64,000 nucleotides of DNA from an uncultured Phycisphaeraceae bacterium. GTDB lineage: Bacteria > Planctomycetota > Phycisphaerae > Phycisphaerales > UBA1924. The notes beneath the pieces were generated by a model, which was not told where the DNA came from, did not search any database, and saw only the letters and a list, made by a program, of their open reading frames with translations. Position 1 is the first letter of the stretch. Each line of letters starts with the position of its first letter. The stretch covers positions 1-64,000 of the forward strand of contig CAYMNQ010000003.1 of the NCBI GenBank assembly GCA_964391865.1, read 5' to 3'. Both the position numbers and the translations under genes were made by a program. Positions 37,985 to 47,612 of this stretch are shown piece by piece.

Positions 37985-38941
37985 TCACGCGCGATTCAAA
38001 TCCGCCATCGAACGCCCCAAGATACGCGACCAAAGCCCGCCCAGCAGCCCGCGCCCGCTATGAAACTCCACCCGATGCCGGAGGAGCGCCGCCGATTCAG
38101 CCCCGCGCCGCCGCGCCATCACTCCGATCCCGTGCCGCACGATGCGCCATAGACCCCCGGCCAGTGTTCGAGCGAACAGACGAACAGACGCTCGTTCGGG
38201 CAGCAGCACGCGCTGCCGCGAGTACTCGAAGACGAGCCTGCTCATGTACCGCTGTGTCGCGCGCTCCGGGTGCACCCAGTGCCGCACGCTCGCCCGCGGC
38301 GTGTAGAACACGCCGAACCCCGCACGGATCGCGGACTCGATGAAAACCGCCTCCTCGAACCCGCCGAGACTGCTGCCCTTCCGCCCGAGATCCGTCCGGA
38401 ACGGTCCGACGCGGCCGAAGACCTCTCGCCGAAGCGAGAAGTTCGCCCCGAACAGGTCGGGGGTCGAGAGTTCGAGAATCTGATCGCCCCGGTCATGCGA
38501 CGCAAGCAGCCACTCCAGTTCCTTCGGCAGCCACGCCGGGCGCTCGACGGCTTCCCACCAAAGATCCACGCGCCCGCCCACGATGCCCACCCGCTCACCG
38601 CGCGTGCGATAGATGTCGAGCAGTCCGTCAAGCCAGTCGGGATCGACCAGCACGTCGTCATCGGTGAACACCAGGATGTCATGCCGCGCTTCCGCAATCG
38701 CGCGATTTCGCGCCACGCTGAGCCCGGGTTCTGGCTCGCCGACCACCCTCATAGCAAACGGCATCCGCGCCGACCACTCGCGCCCCACGTCTTCGGAGCC
38801 GTCCGTGCATGCGTTGCACACCAGAATGAGTTCGGCGTCGACACCCGCCGGAACGCGAAGTCGGGTCAGCCCTTCCAAGGTCTGCGCGAGTACACGCCGC
38901 CGGTTGTACGTGCAGATCAAGATCGAGACACCCGTGGCCAT
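37985..38941 (-). CDS. family-2 glycosyltransferase (copy A of a tandem pair)
   Basis: SILICTYNR start. DxD in FTDDDV. Paralog of 36995..37939. Confidence 0.8.
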   Translation of the reverse strand: MATGVSILICTYNRRRVLAQTLEGLTRLRVPAGVDAELILVCNACTDGSEDVGREWSARMPFAMRVVGEPEPGLSVARNRAIAEARHDILVFTDDDVLVDPDWLDGLLDIYRTRGERVGIVGGRVDLWWEAVERPAWLPKELEWLLASHDRGDQILELSTPDLFGANFSLRREVFGRVGPFRTDLGRKGSSLGGFEEAVFIESAIRAGFGVFYTPRASVRHWVHPERATQRYMSRLVFEYSRQRVLLPERASVRLFARTLAGGLWRIVRHGIGVMARRRGAESAALLRHRVEFHSGRGLLGGLWSRILGRSMADLNRA

Positions 38942-38955
38942 TCAGCGCCCCCGAT

Positions 38956-39795
38956 TCACCCGGTCTGTGACGGCACTTGATGCTGAACGCCAAATTGCAC
39001 GCTCACCGGCGGCGAGTTCTTCAAGCATCGAAAACCGAACCGTGCGCCGCCGGACAAGAGGTCTTCGGACAGCTGCTCCAGATCGTACGGCGCGTGCGTT
39101 TCCACGATCATCCGTTTCACCCCCCCGATCCACCCCGCGCACGACGCGAATACCTCCGCCTCCGCTCCCTCGATATCACATTTCAGCAGGTCGATCGCCC
39201 CGCCGATCCCCGCGCGCTCGAGCACATCCGTCAGCGTAATCGCGTCCACCTCCGCGGTCGCCCCGCCGCCCCCCGAGCCCGAGTCCTTCATGCGGAACCC
39301 CCACGCTAAGTCCGACCGGTCGAGGGTCACCTTCCGGCGCGCTCCCGCAACGCACGCCTGGATCAGCGTCACGCGCTCGGGGCTCGGGCCCGCGTCCACG
39401 TTCCGTCGGCATACTTCCATGTTCGATGCGTCAGGCTCCACCCCCGCGATCCGCGCGTGCGGGAACCGCTCCTGCCACAGCCGGATCGATAGCCCCACAT
39501 TCGCCCCCAGATCGACCACCGCGCGGACGTCGCCCAGTTCGGAATCGAGCACCGGCGCGTACTCGCGTTCGCGGAACATCTCGTCCGCGACCAGGAGGTC
39601 GCTCGTCCCGAGTCGGATGAAGTAGTCCCCCTTCTGCCGCGCAAACCGCACGCGTACGATCGCACCGCGCCCCGGGAGCGGCCAGCCCCGACAGCGCAGC
39701 AATAGCCCGCTGTACAGTCCCAGTACCCAGCTCCGCGCGTCGCCGAAGCGGGCGCGGGACAATTTCAGTCGTCGGATGAACGTTGTGGGGCTCAT
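38956..39795 (-). CDS. FkbM-family methyltransferase
   Basis: DLGANVGLS SAM motif. FkbM-like C-terminal KCDIEGAEAEVF. Confidence 0.75.
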   Translation of the reverse strand: MSPTTFIRRLKLSRARFGDARSWVLGLYSGLLLRCRGWPLPGRGAIVRVRFARQKGDYFIRLGTSDLLVADEMFREREYAPVLDSELGDVRAVVDLGANVGLSIRLWQERFPHARIAGVEPDASNMEVCRRNVDAGPSPERVTLIQACVAGARRKVTLDRSDLAWGFRMKDSGSGGGGATAEVDAITLTDVLERAGIGGAIDLLKCDIEGAEAEVFASCAGWIGGVKRMIVETHAPYDLEQLSEDLLSGGARFGFRCLKNSPPVSVQFGVQHQVPSQTG

Positions 39796-39941
39796 GCGGT
39801 CGCGGTTCGGGTCGGAGTTCCTCGGCTCATTGATCGTGCAGCTACGGCGGATTGTGTCACAGTTCGGGCGTTTATGCGGCCGATGGAGTGTTGATACTAC
39901 ACTCCGCCCGTCTCGCCTCTTTTCGCTTCAAGACTCCCCGC

Positions 39942-40646
39942 ATGACCCCCCACACGAACGACAAACTCCACCTCGGCTGCGGGCTCACCGCGCCACCCAC
40001 CTGGCTGAACGTCGACGGATCGTGGGGCGCGCGTCTCGCGAAATACCCGCTCATCAAGAAGTGTCTTGCCGCTGTCGGCGTCGTGAAGAAGCACCAGGAC
40101 GAGATCTCCTGGAGCCGCGACATTGTCATCGCCGACCTCACGAAGCCGCTGCGCTTCCCCACCGGCCGGTTCACCGCGGTGTACGCCTCGCACACACTCG
40201 AACATCTCTATCTCGATCAGGCCGACGCACTGCTCCGCGAGAGCTTCAGGGTGCTTAAGCCGGGTGGCGTGGCCCGCTTCGTCGTGCCCGATGTCTTCGC
40301 CATCCTCGAGGAGTACTACGGGCGCCAGAATCTCGAGGGCATCTACTACCCCGCCGCTGACAAGTCGCGCGCCGACCGACTGAACATGCGCCTGCTCATG
40401 CACCCCTGGAACGCACCCCGCGGCAACTTCCTCTGGCGCGCCTACAACGCCGCTATGAACTTCCACGACCACAAATGGATGTACGACACCGACTCGCTCG
40501 CCGACCACATGCGCGCCGCCGGCTTCGTGAACGTCCAGCCCCGCGGCTACCTCGAGAGCGCCATCCCCGACCTCGCCGATGTCGAACGGCGCGAGCGTGT
40601 CGAAAGGGGCGTCGGCGCGGTCTGCGAAGGCGTGAAACCATCCTGA
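39942..40646 (+). CDS. class I SAM-dependent methyltransferase (copy 1 of tandem pair)
   Basis: KLHLGCGL motif I; RVLKPGGVARFVVPD motif. About 65% identical to the next gene. Confidence 0.7.
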   Translation: MTPHTNDKLHLGCGLTAPPTWLNVDGSWGARLAKYPLIKKCLAAVGVVKKHQDEISWSRDIVIADLTKPLRFPTGRFTAVYASHTLEHLYLDQADALLRESFRVLKPGGVARFVVPDVFAILEEYYGRQNLEGIYYPAADKSRADRLNMRLLMHPWNAPRGNFLWRAYNAAMNFHDHKWMYDTDSLADHMRAAGFVNVQPRGYLESAIPDLADVERRERVERGVGAVCEGVKPS

Positions 40647-40658
40647 ACCCGAGCCGCC

Positions 40659-41363
40659 GTGCCAACCCCCACCCACGACAAACTCCACCTCGGCTGCGGG
40701 CTCGTCACGCCGCCCGATTGGCTCAACGTCGACGGCTCGTGGAACGCGCGCCTCAATAAAGTCCCCGGCGTGCGCCCGCTCCTCGGCGCGCTGGGCGTCC
40801 TCGGCAAACGCGAACGCGGCACCGCCTGGAGCACGAGCGTTTACTCAGCGAATCTCAACAAGCGCCTGCCGTGGGCCGACGCGTCATTCACCGCCGTGTA
40901 CTGCTCGCACACGCTCGAGCACATGTACCTCACGAAGGGCCAGGAACTGCTCCTCGAGTGCCGGCGCGTCCTCAAACCGGGCGGCGTGGCCCGCTTCGTC
41001 GTCCCCGACCTCAAGACCATCGTGCAGGAGTACCTCGGCGGCCCGCGCCTCGATCACTGTTTCCCGGAGTCGCCGCGGAACGCGCCCCCCGCCGATCGGA
41101 TGAACGACCGGCTGCTCTACCACGAGCGCTTCCCGCTCAAGGGCAGCATCCTCTGGCGGATGTACTCCGCCGCCTTCGGCTTCCACTGGCACAAGTGGAT
41201 GTACGACTCCGACTCGCTCATCCATCACATGCGCCAGGCGGGCTTCGATGACGTGCGCGAACATCCGGTCTTCGACAGCCGCATCCCCAACATCGAAGGC
41301 ATCGAACGCCGCGAGCGCGTCGCCGACGGCGGCGGCATCGCCGTCGAGGGCGTGCGTGAGTAA
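40659..41363 (+). CDS. class I SAM-dependent methyltransferase (copy 2 of tandem pair)
   Basis: Same motifs as copy 1. GTG start 12 nt after the previous stop. Confidence 0.7.
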   Translation: MPTPTHDKLHLGCGLVTPPDWLNVDGSWNARLNKVPGVRPLLGALGVLGKRERGTAWSTSVYSANLNKRLPWADASFTAVYCSHTLEHMYLTKGQELLLECRRVLKPGGVARFVVPDLKTIVQEYLGGPRLDHCFPESPRNAPPADRMNDRLLYHERFPLKGSILWRMYSAAFGFHWHKWMYDSDSLIHHMRQAGFDDVREHPVFDSRIPNIEGIERRERVADGGGIAVEGVRE

Positions 41364-41604
41364 ACTCGACGGTTTTCACGCCGCACAAACATAACCTGAA
41401 CCGGACGATAACACGCTCCCGCGCCGTCCCCAAGTCGCAGTCGCCCGCTGATCCGGCCGATGGACCATCCGCCGCCGCGTGCGTCGGGCGGGTCCGCTAT
41501 CCTTGACGCCCCTCTTCGCCGGCGCGGTGGGCGCTCGACGACAGTTCCCCTGCGGGGCCGGGGCCGTGCCGCGTTCCTTGTCTTCCTTTTCGAGGAATCC
41601 CCTC

Positions 41605-42582
<978 letters not shown>

Positions 42583-42585
42583 GAA

Positions 42586-42619
42586 TTCACCACAGAGGAC
42601 ACAGAGAGCACAGAGGTGG
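42586..42619. repeat. inverted copy of a ~30-bp repeat (GTGCTCTCTGTGTYCTCTGTGGTGAA family)
   Basis: ttcaccacagaggacacagagagcacagaggtgg. Its reverse complement matches 43155..43188 at about 30/33 positions. Includes a GAATTC site. Confidence 0.5.
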
Positions 42620-42646
42620 TTCAGAGTTGGGAATGGGTTCAGACCG

Positions 42647-43015
42647 ATGCACGAGCAGTTGACAGAACGGATCATCGGCGCGGCGATCGAGGTGCATCGC
42701 GCGCTGGGGCCGGGCCTGCTCGAATCCGCGTACGAGGCGTGCCTCTGCCACGAACTCTCGAAGCAGGGGATTGCATTCCAACGCCAGGCCGAAATGCCGG
42801 TGGTCTACGACGGCGAGCGGATCGACTGCGGCTACCGGCTCGATCTCGTCGTCGAGGGCTCCGTTATCGAGGAATTGAAGAGCGTCGAAGAACTCTCCCC
42901 GATCCACGAAGCCCAACTGCTTACTTACCTCAGGCTCTCCGGCTTGAAGGTCGGCTTGCTCATCAACTTCAACGTCAATCTCCTCAAGGACGGCGTGAAA
43001 CGCCGGGTGATGTAG
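42647..43015 (+). CDS. GxxExxY protein (PD-(D/E)xK-superfamily, IVS-associated type)
   Basis: [37 protein letters not shown]...[19 protein letters not shown] is the family hallmark. Lower GC. Flanked by the inverted repeats above and below. Confidence 0.8.
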   Translation: MHEQLTERIIGAAIEVHRALGPGLLESAYEACLCHELSKQGIAFQRQAEMPVVYDGERIDCGYRLDLVVEGSVIEELKSVEELSPIHEAQLLTYLRLSGLKVGLLINFNVNLLKDGVKRRVM

Positions 43016-43154
43016 ACACTTTGCCTTTACGCCCTCGCAACGCATGGCGGCCACAACAACTACAAACTGATTCTGTTCGTCATCGCTCCCTTCCTCCCGC
43101 TGGCTTTCCGGTTCTTTGTCTCGTCTGGTTCTGACCTGAATTCAATCAGATTTC

Positions 43155-43188
43155 CAACTCCGTGCTCTCTGTGTTCTCTGTGGTGAAA
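43155..43188. repeat. direct copy of the ~30-bp repeat, forming the 5' leader/RBS of ugd
   Basis: ccaactccgtgctctctgtgttctctgtggtgaa followed by AGGTTTGAAGATG. Confidence 0.5.
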
Positions 43189-43197
43189 GGTTTGAAG

Positions 43198-44541
43198 ATG
43201 CGACTGACCATGGTGGGTACCGGCTATGTGGGTCTCGTGACCGGCGTGTGCTTCAGCAACACCGGCAACGATGTCATCTGCCTCGACACCGATAAACGCA
43301 AGATCGACATCCTCCTCGGTGGCGGATGCCCCATCTACGAGCCGGGCCTCACCGAGATGATGGAGAAGAACGTGCAGGCGGGCCGCCTGCACTTCACCAC
43401 CGACGCCGCCAGCGCCTACAAGAACGCCCAGATGATCTTCATCTGCGTCGGCACGCCCACGGGCGAGAACGGCGAGACCAACATGAGCTACGTCTGGGGC
43501 GCCGCCGACGCCATCGGGCAGGCGATCAAGGCGCTCGGCCCGAACCAGGAGCCGAAGGTCGTCGTCGTCAAGTCCACCGTCCCCGTCGGCACCACGCTCG
43601 CCGTCAAGGAGCGCATCAAGAAGATCGTCGGCGATCTCCCCTTCAGCGTCGCCGACAACCCCGAGTTCCTCAAGGAAGGCGCCGCGATCAACGACTTCAT
43701 GAAGCCCGACCGCGTGGTCTGCGGCGTGGAAGACGAGCGCACCGGCGACCTCATGCGCGAACTCTACGACCCCTTCGTCCGCCAGGGGCACCCCATCTAC
43801 ATCATGGACGTGCTCTCTGCCGAGATGGTCAAGTACGCCAGCAACAACTTCCTCGCCACCAAGATCAGCTTCATCAACGAGATGGCCGCCCTGTGCGAAG
43901 CCTACGGCGCCGACATCGGCAAGGTCCGCGAGGGCATGTGCGCCGACAAACGCATCGGCAACCAGTTCCTCTACCCCGGCCTCGGCTACGGCGGGTCTTG
44001 CTTCCCCAAAGACACGCTCGCGTGCATCATGATGGGCAACCAGAAGAAGGTCGCCACGCAGCTCTCGCAAGCCGTGCACGATGTGAACCAGCGCCAACGC
44101 AAGCTCTTCTGGAACAAAATCACCGGCCACTTCGGCGGCGAGAGTTCGCTGAAGGGCAAGACGCTCGCCTTCTGGGGCATGGCGTTCAAGCCGCACACCG
44201 ACGACATCCGCGAAGCCCCCGCCGTCGATCTCATGCTCTGGGCCAAGCAGGCCGGCGCGAAGGTCCGCGGCTTCGACCCCGTCGCCGCCGAGAACGTCGA
44301 GCGCGAAAACCCCAAAGCCTTCGAAATCTCCGACGGGCTGTACGAAACCGCCCGCGGCGCCGATGCCCTCATCATCAGCACCGACTGGGACGAGTTCAAG
44401 CAGCCCGACTTCGGCAAGCTGAAGGAACTCATGAAGTCCGCCGTCATCTTCGACGGCCGGAACCTCTACAAGCGCGACGCGATGGAGCGGGCGGGGTTCA
44501 ACTACTACTCCGTCGGGCGGGCGCCGGTGAAGGCGCGATAG
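43198..44541 (+). CDS. ugd: UDP-glucose 6-dehydrogenase
   Basis: MRLTMVGTGYVGLVTG. Catalytic GGSCFPKD. Full three-domain UGDH. Confidence 0.85.
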   Translation: MRLTMVGTGYVGLVTGVCFSNTGNDVICLDTDKRKIDILLGGGCPIYEPGLTEMMEKNVQAGRLHFTTDAASAYKNAQMIFICVGTPTGENGETNMSYVWGAADAIGQAIKALGPNQEPKVVVVKSTVPVGTTLAVKERIKKIVGDLPFSVADNPEFLKEGAAINDFMKPDRVVCGVEDERTGDLMRELYDPFVRQGHPIYIMDVLSAEMVKYASNNFLATKISFINEMAALCEAYGADIGKVREGMCADKRIGNQFLYPGLGYGGSCFPKDTLACIMMGNQKKVATQLSQAVHDVNQRQRKLFWNKITGHFGGESSLKGKTLAFWGMAFKPHTDDIREAPAVDLMLWAKQAGAKVRGFDPVAAENVERENPKAFEISDGLYETARGADALIISTDWDEFKQPDFGKLKELMKSAVIFDGRNLYKRDAMERAGFNYYSVGRAPVKAR

Positions 44542-44586
44542 TCGCGTCACGCGATTCGACCGATGCCTCGGCGAAGCGCGCCCGCG

Positions 44587-45111
44587 CTACGCGGCACTCG
44601 GCCCGGTCCGCCGCGTCGGTGGCGCCGCGCGCGAGCGGACCGCTTCGATGAATTCGTCCATCGAATCTTGCGGGGAGAACGCTCGCTTCGGCAGCACAGT
44701 CTGAATCCCGAACTGGAACTCGAGCCGGTAGACGTCGCCGAGATCGTCGACCTCCCGCACACTCCGCCAGAAGTGGACGCCCGAGCCCCACTCGTTCGAG
44801 ATATGGACGCCGTCCTCGTCAAGCCAGAGCCGGGTCGGCCCGAGCGGGACCGGCATCTGGCCTGTCCGGACAGACTCTTCCACGGCACGGCGCGCGGCGG
44901 TCTTGAGTGGAGACCTCACAAATCGATGCACGACAACCAGCACGAAGTAGACGCCCAGCATCGCCACCGCAACCCACGCCACCTGATTGGACAGGATCCA
45001 CTTCACTACGATAAACGCGGCCAAGCCGACGACGAACAGCGTGGTCCAGACTTTGGATAGCATCCTGTAGTTGTCCAGAACGCTGTTCTTGGACGCGACC
45101 ACACTGTCCAT
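44587..45111 (-). CDS. hypothetical membrane-anchored protein (2 TM plus soluble domain), lower-GC islet
   Basis: MDSVVASKNSVLDNYRMLSKVWTTLFVVGLAAFIVVKW.. with a folded-looking C-terminus (GDVYRLEFQFGIQTVLPKRAF). Local GC about 55%. Preferred over the overlapping plus-strand ORF 44563..45060. Confidence 0.45.
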   Translation of the reverse strand: MDSVVASKNSVLDNYRMLSKVWTTLFVVGLAAFIVVKWILSNQVAWVAVAMLGVYFVLVVVHRFVRSPLKTAARRAVEESVRTGQMPVPLGPTRLWLDEDGVHISNEWGSGVHFWRSVREVDDLGDVYRLEFQFGIQTVLPKRAFSPQDSMDEFIEAVRSRAAPPTRRTGPSAA

Positions 45112-45187
45112 CGCTCGCAAGTGCGCGCCGACCCAATCATCAACAGTCAGCGTGTATTCAAGAGCAGCCGTCGGAATTGCAGTGGCC

Positions 45188-45724
45188 ATGCCACAGGGTA
45201 CCCCGAGCGATCCGAGGAATTCCACGCCGCCCCCCGGCGCGGAATTGTTCACCCTCAACACCAACCCGCACGCGCCGGCAATCATCGCCCGCATCACCGC
45301 CGAACTCACGAGCGAACTCCGCGCCCTCCTGCCCTGCGCCATCATCGAACCCATCGGCGCGACAGCGATCCCCGGCTGCCTGACCAAGGGCGACATCGAC
45401 CTCCTCGCGCGCGTCGAGCCCGCCGACTTCCAAGCCGCCGCCGCTGAACTCGCGCGCCGCTTCACACCGCACCAGACCGAGAACTGGTCGGCGACATTCG
45501 CCTCGTTCGCCACCGAGCGCGACGACATCCCCGTCGGCGTGCAGCTCGTCATCATCAACTCGACCGACGACGCCGATTTCCGCGCGTTCCGCGACCAACT
45601 CCGCGCCAACCCCGAACGAGTCAACGAATACAACGCGCTCAAGCGGTCATGGCACGGGCGACCGATGGCCGAATATCGAGATGCGAAAGAGCAATTCGTC
45701 CGCCGAGTGCTCGGCGCCACATGA
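45188..45724 (+). CDS. grpB: GrpB-family protein (UPF0157 nucleotidyltransferase-fold)
   Basis: IEPIGATAIPGCLTKGDIDLLARV matches the GrpB core; about 178 aa. Confidence 0.65.
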   Translation: MPQGTPSDPRNSTPPPGAELFTLNTNPHAPAIIARITAELTSELRALLPCAIIEPIGATAIPGCLTKGDIDLLARVEPADFQAAAAELARRFTPHQTENWSATFASFATERDDIPVGVQLVIINSTDDADFRAFRDQLRANPERVNEYNALKRSWHGRPMAEYRDAKEQFVRRVLGAT

Positions 45725-45821
45725 GGCGCGAGCGCGAATCCGGGACGGCGGGCAACGAAGCACGCGGCGTTGGGCGCACCCCGCGTTCGACGACGCGCTG
45801 ACGCGCTGCCACACTCCCGCC

Positions 45822-46589
45822 ATGAACCGCGACCGCTTCTCCTTCATCGCCCACACGCACCGCGCCATCTGCAACCCGCTGAGCTTCGACAAGCTCGACG
45901 GCGTGATCGCGCGGCTCGAACTTCCCGAGAACGCCGCCGCCATCGACATCGGCTGCGGCAAGGCGGAACTCCTCATCCGCCTCGCGCACGCCTGGGGACA
46001 CCGGGGTGACCGCGGCGTCCGCGCCGTGGGCGTCGAACGCTCGCCGCTCTTCGCCGCCGATGCACAGCGCCGCGTGAACGACGCGGGCTTCGCCGAGCAC
46101 ATCGCCATCCACGAGACCGACGCGCTCGCGTGGCTCAACGCCAACCCCGCCCAGCGCTTCGACCTCGCCTGCTGCACCGGCTCGCTCCACGCCCTCGGCG
46201 GCTACGAGCCCACCCTCCGCACGCTCCTCGATCGGCTCAACCCCGCCGGCTGGCTGCTCATCGCCGAGGGTTTCTGGGCCAAGCCCCCCGCGCCCGAGTA
46301 CCTCAAGTTCCTGGGCGATGACGAATCGCAGTTCACCACCCACGCGGGCAACATCGAGCGAGCGATCGCGTTGGGCCTCACGCCCCACTTCGCCGCCACC
46401 GCGACGACCGACGAGTGGGACGACTACGAGTGGACCTACTCCTCAACCATCGAATCGCACGTCCGCGAGAACCCGGACGATCCTGATGCGAGCGAGATGC
46501 TCGCCCGCATCCGCCCCTGGCGCGAGGCGTATCTCACATGGGGCCGCGAGACGCTCGGCTTCGGCGTCTATCTCTTCCGCGCACCATGA
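45822..46589 (+). CDS. SAM-dependent methyltransferase-like protein
   Basis: AIDIGCGKAELLIRLA motif I. About 255 aa. Start at ATG 45822. Confidence 0.5.
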   Translation: MNRDRFSFIAHTHRAICNPLSFDKLDGVIARLELPENAAAIDIGCGKAELLIRLAHAWGHRGDRGVRAVGVERSPLFAADAQRRVNDAGFAEHIAIHETDALAWLNANPAQRFDLACCTGSLHALGGYEPTLRTLLDRLNPAGWLLIAEGFWAKPPAPEYLKFLGDDESQFTTHAGNIERAIALGLTPHFAATATTDEWDDYEWTYSSTIESHVRENPDDPDASEMLARIRPWREAYLTWGRETLGFGVYLFRAP

Positions 46590-46879
46590 ACCACCACAAG
46601 TCCTCAAACACAGACAATTGCCGCAGCGGAGTACGTCTGGCCCGATTCATGGCCGCGTGGATGCTCGTGCTGCTGCTCTGGTCCGCGCTCACTCCGGATC
46701 CGGAAGTTCGGCGGACGTGGTTCATCTGGGCGTCGTTCTCCGCCGCGCTGCTCGTCATCAGCACCGGCACGAGACGCCTTCCCGAGTGGGCATACTCGTG
46801 GCTTGGCATACGGATCCTGTGCGCGACCCTGGTGTTCATCTCGCTAGGAGTGCTGGTGCTCGTAAAGCAACTCTTCTGA
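46586..46879 (+). CDS. small membrane protein (97 aa), ATGA-coupled to the upstream gene
   Basis: caccATGAacc overlap at 46586-46589. 3 predicted TM segments. Confidence 0.4.
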   Translation: MNHHKSSNTDNCRSGVRLARFMAAWMLVLLLWSALTPDPEVRRTWFIWASFSAALLVISTGTRRLPEWAYSWLGIRILCATLVFISLGVLVLVKQLF

Positions 46880-46897
46880 CTCACTGTGCCGTAAGTC

Positions 46898-47557
46898 TCA
46901 CCGACAATTCGGGCATGGGCACTCGAACCCCCACGCATTGATCACCACCGCCAGATCGCCCAGCCCCACCTGACCATCGCCATCCAAATCCTGCAGCGCC
47001 CGCGGCGAGTCGTCCCCCCACGCGCCGATGATCGACGCGATATCGCCCAGCCCCACGAACCCGTCGCCGTCGAGGTCCGCCGGGCAGTCAGGGATGTACT
47101 CGACATCGAACGATGAATCGGTGAAGCGCCCGATCACCGCCAGGCCGCCGGGCAGCCCGCTCTCCCGCACCATGATCCACGTCGCGAACGGGTTGCCGAA
47201 GAAATCGATCTCGCCGTTCAGATCCGCGGTCTCGAACTCGGCGCTGAACGTGCCCTGCCCGTTCCATCCCAGCGATGAACCGATCACCGCCGTGCCGCGC
47301 GTCGCGTGGATCAGGAACACCCTCACATCCGCGGCGTCATACCCGCCGACCGTCTCAAACGTCGCCCGCACGCGCGTGTTCACCACCCGCCCCTGCGCCG
47401 TGCTGACGATCAGCGACTCCTTCGCCGGCAGCGCGGTCATCTCCTCCGGGATCGCAAAGCTCATCACCCGCGTGTACACCGGGCCCGCCGCCGCCGCCGC
47501 GCCGAGCGATGCGAACACCGCCAGCGCCGCCGCCTTCACCATTCGATGATCTCGCAT
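46898..47557 (-). CDS. small secreted protein with C-terminal dockerin-type module
   Basis: Signal peptide MMRDHRMVKAAALAVFASLGAAAAAG. GGAGGTGG RBS. C-term CPADLDGDGFVGLGDIASIIGAWG...DLDGDGQVGLGDLAVVINAWGFECPCPNCR. Confidence 0.6.
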   Translation of the reverse strand: MRDHRMVKAAALAVFASLGAAAAAGPVYTRVMSFAIPEEMTALPAKESLIVSTAQGRVVNTRVRATFETVGGYDAADVRVFLIHATRGTAVIGSSLGWNGQGTFSAEFETADLNGEIDFFGNPFATWIMVRESGLPGGLAVIGRFTDSSFDVEYIPDCPADLDGDGFVGLGDIASIIGAWGDDSPRALQDLDGDGQVGLGDLAVVINAWGFECPCPNCR

Positions 47558-47612
47558 CATCCACCTCCAGCCCACGCCGATTCAATCGAGCATCTCTCCC
47601 TATGCCGCTAAA

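Noticed and set aside
43060-44651. ORFs 43060..44550 (-) and 43326..44651 (+)
   Set aside because: Off-frame or antisense to ugd, which has unambiguous UGDH motifs.
44563-45060. 165-aa plus-strand ORF
   Set aside because: Mirror frame of the minus-strand membrane-anchored protein. The minus frame has clear TM helices and a folded-looking domain.
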